Origin: Eledone cirrhosa
Taxonomy: Eukaryota
DNA: 64,000 nucleotides
Reading direction: 5' to 3'
NCBI GenBank assembly: GCA_964016885.1
Contig: OZ024750.1
Coordinates: 29,202,001-29,266,000, forward strand
The notes beneath the pieces are model-generated. The model made no database searches. It was given only the letters and a program-made list of their open reading frames with translations, and was not told the DNA's origin. Made by a program: the position numbers and the translations under genes. Below are positions 53,265-64,000 of the stretch, piece by piece; the stretch's first letter is position 1; each line of letters begins with the position of its first letter.

Positions 53265-53445
53265 AAAGCTTGTAGGTCTGCTGCTGGCCTCAAGCAGCAC
53301 ATGAGAGTGTAAGGAGTAAATTACGTTCAGGACTATCCAGGAGCCTCATGTATGCCATATCTGTAAAATAGTGTGCAAGAGTGAGGCAGGTTTGCAGAGT
53401 CATTTGTGGGCTGTTCAGAAAAAGTGTCCGAAGTTCATCAACTGA
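53265..53445 (+). pseudogene. Degenerate C2H2 zinc-finger pair, probably a LINE (RTE) C-terminus remnant
   Basis: KACRSAAGLKQHMRV*, then a frameshift to EPHVCHICKIVCKSEAGLQSHLW. Confidence 0.55.
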
Positions 53446-53750
53446 CAGAGAGAAAGAATGGTGTGCTATATATATGAAAAGATTCAGGACCCCGACGGCT
53501 GAGCTCCGGCTGTTTCGACAGCTAGATCCGAACAAGTAGAGGGTACTCTGGTGCGTTATGGTCCACCTGTTATCTTACCACACACTCCTTGTTATATATA
53601 GTTAGGTAGGTAGGTAGGTAGGTAGGAGGTTGGGTGGGTGGGTGTGTGTGTGTCATCATCGTTTTACGTCCATTCTTCCATGCTAACATGGGTTAGACGG
53701 GTTGTCCTGTTGTGGGCAGTGTCCGGTCAGCTGACCTTGTCTTGTTCATA

Positions 53751-54829
53751 CAGGGCTGGTGCTACCATTAAGGCCAACTAGACAGCTGTTTAGAGCCTGC
53801 CCAGCCCTCGGGGAGATAGATGACAGAACCTTACAGGGCTGGTGCTACCATTAAGGCCAACTAGACAGCTGCCTAGAGCCCACCCAGCCCTCAGGGAGGT
53901 ACATGACAGAATCTTACAGGGCTGGTGCTACCATTAAGGCCAACTAGACAGCTGTTTAGAGCCTGCCCAGCCCTCGGGGAGATACATGACAGAACCTTAC
54001 AGGGCTGGTGCTACCATTAAGGCCAACTAGACAGCTGTCTAGAGCCCACCCAGCCCTCGGGGAGATACATGACAAAACCTTACAGGGCTGGTGCTACCAT
54101 TAAGGCCAACTAGACAGCTGTCTAGAGCCCACCCAGCCCTCAGGGAGGTACATGACAGAATCTTACAGGGCTGGTGCTACCATTAAGGCCAACTAGACAG
54201 CTGCCTAGAGCCCACCCAGCCCTTGGGGAGGCACATAACAGAATCTTACAGGGCTGGTGCTACCATTAAGGCCAACTAGACAGCTGCCTAGAGCCCACCC
54301 AGCCCTCGGGGAGATACATGACAAAACCTTACAGGGCTGGTGCTACCATTAAGGCCAACTAGACAGCTGTCTAGAGCCCACCCAGCCCTCAGGGAGGTAC
54401 ATGACAGAATCTTACAGGGCTGGTGCTACCATTAAGGCCAACTAGACAGCTGCCTAGAGCCCACCCAGCCCTTGGGGAGGCACATAACAGAATCTTACAG
54501 GGCTGGTGCTACCATTAAGGCCAACTAGACAGCTGCCTAGAGCCCACCCAGCCCTCGGGGAGATACATGACAAAACCTTACAGGGCTGGTGCTACCATTA
54601 AGGCCAACTAGACAGCTGTCTAGAGCCCACCCAGCCCTCAGGGAGGTACATGACAGAATCTTACAGGGCTGGTGCTACCATTAAGGCCAACTAGACAGCT
54701 GCCTAGAGCCCACCCAGCCCTTGGGGAGGCACATAACAGAATCTTACAGGGCTGGTGCTACCATTAAGGCCAACTAGACAGCTGCCTAGAGCCCACCCAG
54801 CCCTCGGGGAGGTACATGACAGAACCTTA
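53751..54829. repeat. 83-bp tandem repeat x13 with a 249-bp trimeric higher-order repeat
   Basis: Unit starts at 53751, 53834, 53917 through 54747. Three variant tails cycle from 54000 to 54746. Confidence 0.95.
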
Positions 54830-55074
54830 AAGGAACACAGTTAAATAAATTTATATAATAAACTTAAATATACAATAATTTCCTACAATTAATACATACA
54901 TTGTTAAACATGATTTGCCTTGTAGCAGTGTTGTGGACTGTGTAGTGGTGGAGAGGGTCGTATGGTGTTATGACCTGTAACAAGATTTGGTGAGGGTGAG
55001 TGTGGACTGTGTAGTGGAAATTGTAGTTGTAATCGTCTTAGTGTGGTCAGAGCAAAAAGTGTTAAAAACTAGGC

Positions 55075-55146
55075 AACAACATCAACAGCACCACCACCAC
55101 CACCACCACCACCACCACCACCACCACCACCACCACCACCACCACC

Positions 55147-55192
<46 letters not shown>

Positions 55193-55660
55193 GCAGCAGC
55201 ACCAACTACTACCAGTGCTACTACCACCACCACTACTACCACAACAACAAATACTATCACCACCACTACTACCACAACAAATGCTACTACCACCACCACC
55301 ACCACCAGTACTACCACCACCACCACTAGTACCACCATCATCACTAGCAGTACTACCACCACCACCACTAGTACCACCACCACCACTAGTACCACCACCA
55401 GTACTACCACCACCACCACCAGTACTACCACCACCACCACCACCACAACCACCACCACCAGTACTACCACCATCACTAGTACCACTACCAGTACTACCAT
55501 CACTACCACCACCACCATCACCACCACTATCACTACAACCACTACTACCACCACTAGTACTACCACCACCACTACAACCACTACTACCAGTACTATCACC
55601 ACTACTACTAGTACTACCACCACCACAACCAGTACTACCACGACCACCACCACCACCACA
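55075..55660. repeat. (CAC)n/(CAA)n/(ACT)n trinucleotide-derived repeat
   Basis: Pure CAC and CAA runs, then accaccactagt-type units. Confidence 0.9.
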
Positions 55661-55784
55661 GTAACAGAAGTTCTTTACTGCAACTTGTAGTGCAATATCA
55701 ATGCAGTCAAAAGTGTGTGCAAGTCATATTTACTGCAGTGTACCTGATGTATCTTATTTGTCTCTTATACTGCACCTCTATTAT

Positions 55785-55955
55785 AAGGTGGTGGATTGGT
55801 AGTGTCGGTAGAGGGTAGGACGCCACGCTTTGCAGCATAGAGTTACGGCCCTTTACTGCCCGAGTTCAAATCCTGCCTACATGGGGCGATAAAATAAAGT
55901 ACCAGTAATGCACTGAGATAATTGCTGGCCTTGTGCCAAACAGTAGAAACAATTA
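55785..55955 (+). mobile_element. tRNA-derived SINE, young subfamily, with internal deletion
   Basis: ggtggtggattggtagtgtcggtagagg...gagttcaaatcctgcc...aaagtaccagtaatgcactg. Confidence 0.8.
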
Positions 55956-56699
55956 TATATAGCACCTTTAATGAATGTATTGTGCACTGTTGACTAGCTA
56001 CTGTCCAGATTGTCATATACGTGCGTGTGTGTGTGTGATTTGGAATGGGTACACAATGTCCTTGCCTGTCATAAGGAACAACTGAGAGGGTTAGTGTCAG
56101 GGATTGGTGAGCATCTGTAAAACACTGCCTCAAAAGGACCTGTTCAACCCATGCTAGCATGGAAAAGCTGACAAAAATGATTATATATATATATATATCC
56201 ACACACACATTCACACACCCACACACTTTCACGTACAGATATATATACACGCACATACCAAGACAAGAAATTTCTGTGCTGTTGCTGCTGCCGAGCTTAA
56301 AAGAAGGTAGGGTGGGGTGGGCTATGGGTGGGTGTCCCCTGCCCCTAACTGGTACCCCAGTCTTTAACATATTCATCACTATAGATAGTTGTTCATACAA
56401 ATATTTATTTACTCATTCACACACTGACTCATTCTTTCACACATCCATGCAAGGTGTACAAACATATACTGATAAATTACCATTAAATTTATCATTATTA
56501 TTTTAGCATAAAGTACCAGTAATGTATTGGTGTTGATTTAATCAACATTCCCCCTCCCCTTCTCCCTAAATTGCTACCTTTGTGCCTAAATTAGAAACTA
56601 TTATTTTAGTATGTACCCCCTATATAATTTATGCTGACATGGCTGGCTCTTGGCTCTCTGGGCTAGGTATCTGTCTAGGCAGTTCAGTATGTCAATTTC

Positions 56700-59115
56700 A
56701 TATGACACCTACAATCAACAGGTGAGCTGCCTATTTTAAGACATAGGTCAAAATACCTGGGGCAGGAGGAGGCGCTATTTGCGAGATTATCACAACAGGT
56801 GAACTGTTGGTATTGTTAGAAGACAGGTCAAAGCACCTGACACTTGTCTGTGACACCTACCATCACAGCAGGTAAACTGTTGGTGTCATTAGAACACAGG
56901 TCAAAGCACCTGATACTTTTGTCTGTGACACCTACCATCACAACAGGTAAACTGATGGTGTCATTAGAACACAGGTCAAAACACCTGGCAGTTTTGTCTG
57001 TGACACCTACCATCAACAGGTGAGTTGCCCCTGTTGGTGTCATTAAAACATAGGGAAAAACACTTGGCAGTTTTGTCTGTGATACCATCAACAGGTGAAC
57101 TGTAGGCCCAAGTTTGTCGACCTCACCTCATTATAGTGGGCCCAAGAAACTGGTCTCTGATCAGGTGAATGACAACAACCAGAGACCAACTCATATGCAA
57201 AAAGAAAAAGAACAGGTGAACTGCCTGTGTCATTAAAACATAAATCAAAATACCTGGAGGATGGAGGGTGTTTGTGATATCTGCCATCAACAGGTGAACT
57301 ACCCGTGTTTGTGTCATTAGAACATAGGTCAAAACAGCTGGAGGGTGGAGGGGTGTCTGTGATATCTGCCCTCAACAAGTGAACTACCTGTGTTTGTCTC
57401 ATTAGAACATAGGTCAAAACAGCTGGAGGGTGGAGGGGTGTCTGTGATATCTACCATCAACAGGTGAACTACCTGTGTTTGTGTCATTAGAACATAGGTC
57501 AAAATACCTGGAGGGTGGAGGGGTGTCTGTGATATTTGCCATCAACAGGTGAACTACCTGTGTTTGTGTCATTAAAACATAGGTCAAAATACCTGGAGGG
57601 TGGAGGGATGTCTGTGATATCTGCCATCAACAGGTAAACTACCTGTGTGTGTCATTAAAACATAGGTCAAAACAGCTGGAGGGTGGAGGGGTGTCTGTGA
57701 TATCTGCACTCAACAAGTGAACTACCTGTGTTTGTCTCATTAGAACATAGGTCAAAACAGCTGGAGGGTGGAGGGTGTTTGTGATATCTGCCATCAACAG
57801 GTGAACTACCCGTGTTTGTGTCATTAGAACATAGGTCAAAACAGCTGGAGGGTGGAAGGGTGTCTGTGATATCTGCCCTCAACAAGTGAACTACCTGTGT
57901 TTGTCTCATTAGAACATAGGTCAAAACAGCTGGAGGGTGGAGGGGTGTCTGTGATATCTACCATCAACAGGTGAACTACCTGTGTTTGTGTCATTAGAAC
58001 ATAGGTCAAAATACCTGGAGGGTGGAGGGGTGTCTGTGATATTTGCCATCAACAGGTGAACTACCTGTGTTTGTGTCATTAAAACATAGGTCAAAATACC
58101 TGGAGGGTGGAGGGATGTCTGTGATATCTGCCATCAACAGGTAAACTACCTGTGTGTGTCATTAAAACATAGGTCAAAACAGCTAGAGGGTGGAGGGGTG
58201 TCTGTGATATCTGCACTCAACAAGTGAACTACCTGTGTTTGTCTCATTAGAACATAGGTCAAAACAGCTGGAGGGTGGAGGGTGTTTGTGATATCTGCCA
58301 TCAACAGGTGAACTACCCGTGTTTGTGTCATTAGAACATAGGTCAAAACAGCTGGAGGGTGGAAGGGTGTCTGTGATATCTGCCCTCAACAAGTGAACTA
58401 CCTGTGTTTGTCTCATTAGAACATAGGTCAAAACAGCTGGAGGGTGGAGGGGTGTCTGTGATATCTACCATCAACAGGTGAACTACCTGTGTTTGTGTCA
58501 TTAGAACATAGGTCAAAATACCTGGAGGGTGGAGGGGTGTCTGTGATATTTGCCATCAACAGGTGAACTACCTGTGTTTGTGTCATTAAAACATAGGTCA
58601 AAATACCTGGAGGGTGGAGGGATGTCTGTGATATCTGCCATCAACAGGTAAACTACCTGTGTGTGTCATTAAAACATAGGTCAAAACAGCTGGAGGGTGG
58701 AGGGGTGTCTGTGATATCTGCACTCAACAAGTGAACTACCTGTGTTTGTCTCATTAGAACATAGGTCAAAACAGCTGGAGGGTGGAGGGTGTTTGTGATA
58801 TCTGCCATCAACAGGTGAACTACCCGTGTTTGTGTCATTAGAACATAGGTCAAAACAGCTGGAGGGTGGAAGGGTGTCTGTGATATCTGCCCTCAACAAG
58901 TGAACTACCTGTGTTTGTCTCATTAGAACATAGGTCAAAACAGCTGGAGGGTGGAGGGGTGTCTGTGATATCTACCATCAACAGGTGAACTACCTGTGTT
59001 TGTGTCATTAAAACGTAGGTCAAAACAGCTGGAGGGTGGAGGGGTGTCTGTGATATCTGCCATCAACAGGTCAACTACCTGTGTGTGTCATTAAACCATA
59101 GGTCAAAACAGCTGG
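56700..59115. repeat. ~85-bp satellite with a 507-bp (6-monomer) higher-order repeat; diverged ~72-bp units at the left edge
   Basis: Monomer caacaggtgaactacctgtgtttgtgtcattagaacataggtcaaaacagctggagggtggaggggtgtctgtgatatctgccat. Identical blocks recur at 57639, 58146 and 58653. Confidence 0.95.
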
Positions 59116-59799
59116 CAGTAGTAGTATTTGTTCTAGCTCTGAGGTCAAACTCTGTTGGAGTCAACTTTGCCATTCATCCTTTCAAGGCTGATAAAATATA
59201 ACACCAATCTAGGGTGATGGGATTGGGGGAGGGACGATAGAAAGTTGGGTGAGATGCCTTGTATTTGTTACATCCTCTTGTGTTCTGAGTTCAAATCCCA
59301 ATGTGACCAATTTGGGTGATAGACAATCTGTCATCTTCGTTTAACACCACCACCTGACCCTTGGGTGCCTTTTGTAGGGTCCACTCTGTTGTAAGTATTT
59401 GAACTAGGTCTCTTGTTTGATAATTGGCTGGTGTTTAACCCCGAGTTAACCTTAATTGAGCAAACACATGATGAAAAGAATTCCAGCTTTAGGATCGTCT
59501 AGGAGAACAATGTGTCGTTTGAGAAATTTAGCTCCTATTTCTAGCAAATTGAGCAACTATAAAAGACTTCCTTGAGTGGAAGTGAGTCAGCAATACCAGG
59601 GATACAAGTCACAGGAATAGTGGTTAAAGTTACTAGAGATTAGTGGAAGACTTTGAACAAGAGATTAGGTAGTGTTCGTGACTGAAGGCTTCATTATTAA
59701 ACACACAGATGAAAGGCTAAGTTAACCTCTGAGTTCAAATCCCACTGAGGATAACTTTGCCTCAGTGGAATATATCTTTAGTGTATACAACTATATATA

Positions 59800-60040
59800 T
59801 ATGCATTACTGGTACTTTACTTTATCGACCCCGTAAGAATGAAAGGCAAAATCAACCTCGGCGAGATTTGAACTCAGATCGTAAAGGGACGTAACTATGC
59901 TGGAAAGCATGGTGTCTGACCCTCTACCGATACAGCCAATCCACCGCCCTTACCAGCATATCATAATTGTTTCTACTTTAGGCACAAGGCCAGCAATTAC
60001 CCAGTACATTACTGGTACTTTATTTTATCGACCCCGTATA
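59800..60040 (-). mobile_element. Tandem tRNA-derived SINE copies (young subfamily)
   Basis: A copy ending ccaatccaccgccctt followed by a second SINE tail. Confidence 0.8.
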
Positions 60041-60248
60041 TCATAATGATTGCATAACTGCACCAATGATTGCTTAAACATCTGACGAAGTCACACGAAT
60101 AACCATGTAACAGAAATATATATAATGCAATAAACAATTATGGTGATTTAATCCTGCCTTTACCATTAATTGAGATGTGTGTGTGTGTGTGCGTCAGGAG
60201 GTAACCACAGTTAAAAAGGAACTCAATACATTGGTAGAGTATAGGCTT

Positions 60249-60296
<48 letters not shown>

Positions 60297-60535
60297 CCAA
60301 CCTTCCAGGGGTCCGGGTATAATTTTCAATCATATTTTATTTGTTTGACCTGAATTACTTGGTCGTTTCTATGGCTGTGCGGATAATGGTTTAACCATCG
60401 TCTCAGTGTGTTTGGCCTTTTAACTTATGTTGTTGCTCTAGTTCACTAGCTTCTATGGAGCGCTTGCCACACATCTTGGAAGTTGTTTTTCGCTAATTTC
60501 CAATAGCCGAAATACGATTCTCGCTAATTTATATT

Positions 60536-60585
<50 letters not shown>

Positions 60586-61302
60586 CATACACACACACAC
60601 ACATATATATATTACTTCTACAGGACTAAAACTGTTTCATTTGTATGAAATCATCAGAGAGCTAAGAAGAAAGAGAAGTAAAGAGAACTAACGAAACAAC
60701 CACCACGTCAAGGCGGGACATCCTTTTAGTACCCGGCGAGGCGGGTGGTGAATTAAAAGTGCCTAAGAACGTGTGAGGGGATGCTTAGTACATCTTGTCT
60801 GAGAAAAATAACAAATCTTTAATTTCGAAAATTTCCAGGTATTCAACCTCAATGATGTGACTATTTTGGTCTTAAAGCTTTTAACTTCCCACTCTCTATT
60901 TTACGTGAGAGTTAGTGAGAGGACGGTTTCAAATAACACCTTTTGGAAAAACATCAACTTCCTTTTCCTATCTAAAGCTAATATTAAAAGTCTATATTAA
61001 AAAAAAATAAATAAAATTAAAAAAAATATATACACATTTCTTATTCGTTTTCCTTATCCCACAAGCGTGAACACACACACGTATGGGGTTGACGGCCGAG
61101 AGAAAAGAGTACTCAATACCGAAGTAGAGTTTTAATATTCATTTTACTAAGGCAAAAATGATAGTGAGTCTTGTTACTCTGGAGGCTCGCGTTTCGCCGG
61201 TTTATCCTATAAATCAAATGAAAATATGTATATGTGTGCGCGGTGAGTGACAAGAAAAAAACCTCACGTTTCACACAAGTGAGATATATCTTCAGTGTAT
61301 AC

Positions 61303-61347
<45 letters not shown>

Positions 61348-61752
61348 AATATTTGTGTCAAATAAGCAAACACTAATATGCAATAGAGTGGGTTCACTCG
61401 ACTAATCCCACGTGTTTTTCTACACAAAGACAAGGAATACTACACCTATATGTTAGGTGAAACAAATAGGGAAAGAATAAAATATTTTCCTTGTGAATCT
61501 GTTAAATTATCTTAATTATTATCATTGAAATAACGATGTTTCGTTATAAACTTACAGGAAAATATTCGAGATATTACATACACAGATACTCATGCCCCGT
61601 TTCAAATTAATAGTAGTTCAAATAGATCGAAGCACACACACGTCTGCGTGTGTTTACATGCCCACATATTAGATATGAGTATATATTTATACAATTTGGT
61701 TAGAAACACAGATATAACTATCATACACACCTCTCTCTCCACACACACACAT

Positions 61753-61783
<31 letters not shown>

Positions 61784-62149
61784 GTATGTAACCGAGACAC
61801 CAGCAACGTATATAAATATATACACATATCTAATATGTGGGCATCTAAACATGCCAGAAAATACGAATTGCCCTGTGAATTGAAAAACATAATGATACTA
61901 TAATGTGTGCGTGTGTGTATGCGCGTGTGAGTGTGTATGCACGCGCGCGCATGTGTGTGCGTTTATGCGTGCGTGTGTGTTGTGAGTATGTGTGTAGGTG
62001 CGTGTGTTGTATGTATGTTATGTGTGTAGGTGCGTGTGTTGTATGTATGTTATGTGTGTATGTGTGTGTTTACCTTTATTTGGATGTTGGGTGGGTTATA
62101 TATGTGCTTTCGTTTTCTAAGCATTATATCATTATATTTCTTTTTATTA

Positions 62150-62189
<40 letters not shown>

Positions 62190-62259
62190 GGTGTATATGT
62201 GTGTCTTTTGTTTACCCGTTTTATATGTATATGTGTCATTTTTTATGAGTTTTCTTTGT

Positions 62260-62620
62260 AAATAATTGTTTCTACTTTTGGCACAAGGCCAGCAATTATT
62301 CCAGTGTATTACTGGTACTTTATTTTTCAACCACGTAAGGATGAAAGGCAAAGTTAACCTCGGCGGGATTTGAACTCAGATCATAAAGGGAGGTAACTCT
62401 ATGCTTCAAAGCATGGCGTCCGACCCTCTACCGATACTGCCAATCCACAGCCCTCCCTTACCGATACTGCCAATCCACCGCCCTCATCCTTTCTTTTTAA
62501 ATAATTGTTTCTACTTTTGGCACAAGGCCAGCAAATCACCCAGTGCATTACTGGTACTTTATTTCATCGACGCCTTGAGGATGAAAGACAAAGTTAACCT
62601 CGGCGGGATTTGAACTCAGA
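62260..62620 (-). mobile_element. Tandem tRNA-derived SINE copies (full plus 5'-truncated)
   Basis: Two aataattgtttctacttttggcacaaggcc tails; ~31-bp duplication in the head of the first copy. Confidence 0.85.
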
Positions 62621-63649
62621 ATAATGTTACAAAGAAAACATTGTCCGTCCATGTATTTAGTTTAACACCCTGTCAAACATGAAAAACGTGGCAATGTTTA
62701 TATTTGAATATCTTTGATATAATATATTTACACACACAGTCCAGTACTAGAGTCGATTCTTCCTGTATAGAACAAATCGACTGTGTTCAGTCCTGGAGAG
62801 GATTGGGCTCCGCCAAGTTTAAATGTGCTCTAGACACGTCGTATGACGGTGCCTCTACAACTTCACAAGGAGTTATGGGATCTTTATCTTTTTTATACAC
62901 ACATACATACATACATACATACATACATACATACATACATACATACATACATACATACATACAAATACATATTCTATAAGAATCGTATACTATTTAAGCC
63001 CCAATACACGGTAAAAAGTTTCAATTTAACTCTTATACAGTAAGAGCTGGGTTAACCTAAGTGACCTAAATCAAAGAACCACTGTCAAACAAGTCAAGGA
63101 ACTTCTACGTGGTCGCTCGATCTGTTAGAAATAGCAACCAAATATCCCTCAAATTACATCCTATCGTTTTACAAGACAGAACAAAATTGTGTTGTCTTAC
63201 ATAGTTCTAAAAAGACGAGATGGTGATAACTGAAAAGCTTATGATCACCGGTCTGTTCGATTAGGGTGGACTCGAGACTAAATAACTAATAAGCTATCGA
63301 TCTCATGTGTCCGCAACGGAAGAAAGACAAATGTTTAACAATCGCCTGTCTGTTGTTTTGACGAAAGTGGAATGGCATCCAATAAATAAATAAATAAATA
63401 AAAAGGCAGGAAGAACGAAAGCTGATCCTTTGAAAGGGTACATTGTGTAGTTATAAACACCACCCTGTCTGGTTATAAGTGTGGGAGGATAAATAAGAAA
63501 AAGAAAACCCCAACGAATTGAGGAAGGAATAAAGAGGAGATGGTCTCCATCACTTAGTAAATGATTAAATCTACTTTCTTATAACATCTAAACACATGAA
63601 GAGAAAGTGAAATTGGATAAGAACACGGAAGTACATAGCTGAGGGCCCT

Positions 63650-63732
<83 letters not shown>

Positions 63733-64000
63733 AAGAGGTTTTTTTAAATGCCGGTTTATCTATAAATCATTCAAACATTAACTGAATGAGGCCTCAATAC
63801 AGGAGAAAAAAGGTGGTAGAGGTTTCGAAAAGTGGTTGTGCTTCGCTGGAAATGTGTCTACATTACATTCTGTGTCAATCACTAATGTGTGGTGTGTGTG
63901 GTGTGTGTATGACAGACCGGGTACTGTGCGTGTGAGAGAGGGAGAGACTGTCAGACAAGGTAATGTGTGTGCGTGCGTGTGCGTGTGCGTGTGTGTGTGT

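Noticed and set aside
54987-55664. Poly-H/Q/P 225-aa ORF
   Set aside because: Trinucleotide repeat with no unique coding sequence; the opposite strand is equally open.
60690-61290. CpG-richer stretch as the promoter of the ankyrin gene
   Set aside because: No exon or core promoter is identifiable, and the CpGs are equally explained by TE remnants.

Overview
Eukaryotic, AT-rich and repeat-saturated sequence. The tRNA-derived SINE families, RTE/CR1 LINE remnants and microsatellite load resemble an octopus (coleoid cephalopod) genome; this is recognition from memory, not a database result. Nearly all ORFs in the supplied track are repeat artefacts. The only well-supported coding signal is missed by that track: two minus-strand, phase-compatible exons (7033-7216 and 1804-1870) that splice into an ankyrin repeat resembling the ANKS1/Caskin N-terminus. 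The window is dominated by a ~23 kb satellite (12030-34994, 37-45 bp unit, 200-N gap). Its flanks rejoin into one tRNA-derived SINE, so the array appears to have grown from the segment between the SINE A and B boxes. A second array (46411-47680) sits at the equivalent position of another SINE copy. Further arrays come from a CR1 3' end, a DNA-transposon-like terminus and a dispersed repeat, and most monomers have a palindromic core. No CRISPR array, prokaryotic system, rRNA or intact tRNA is supported.
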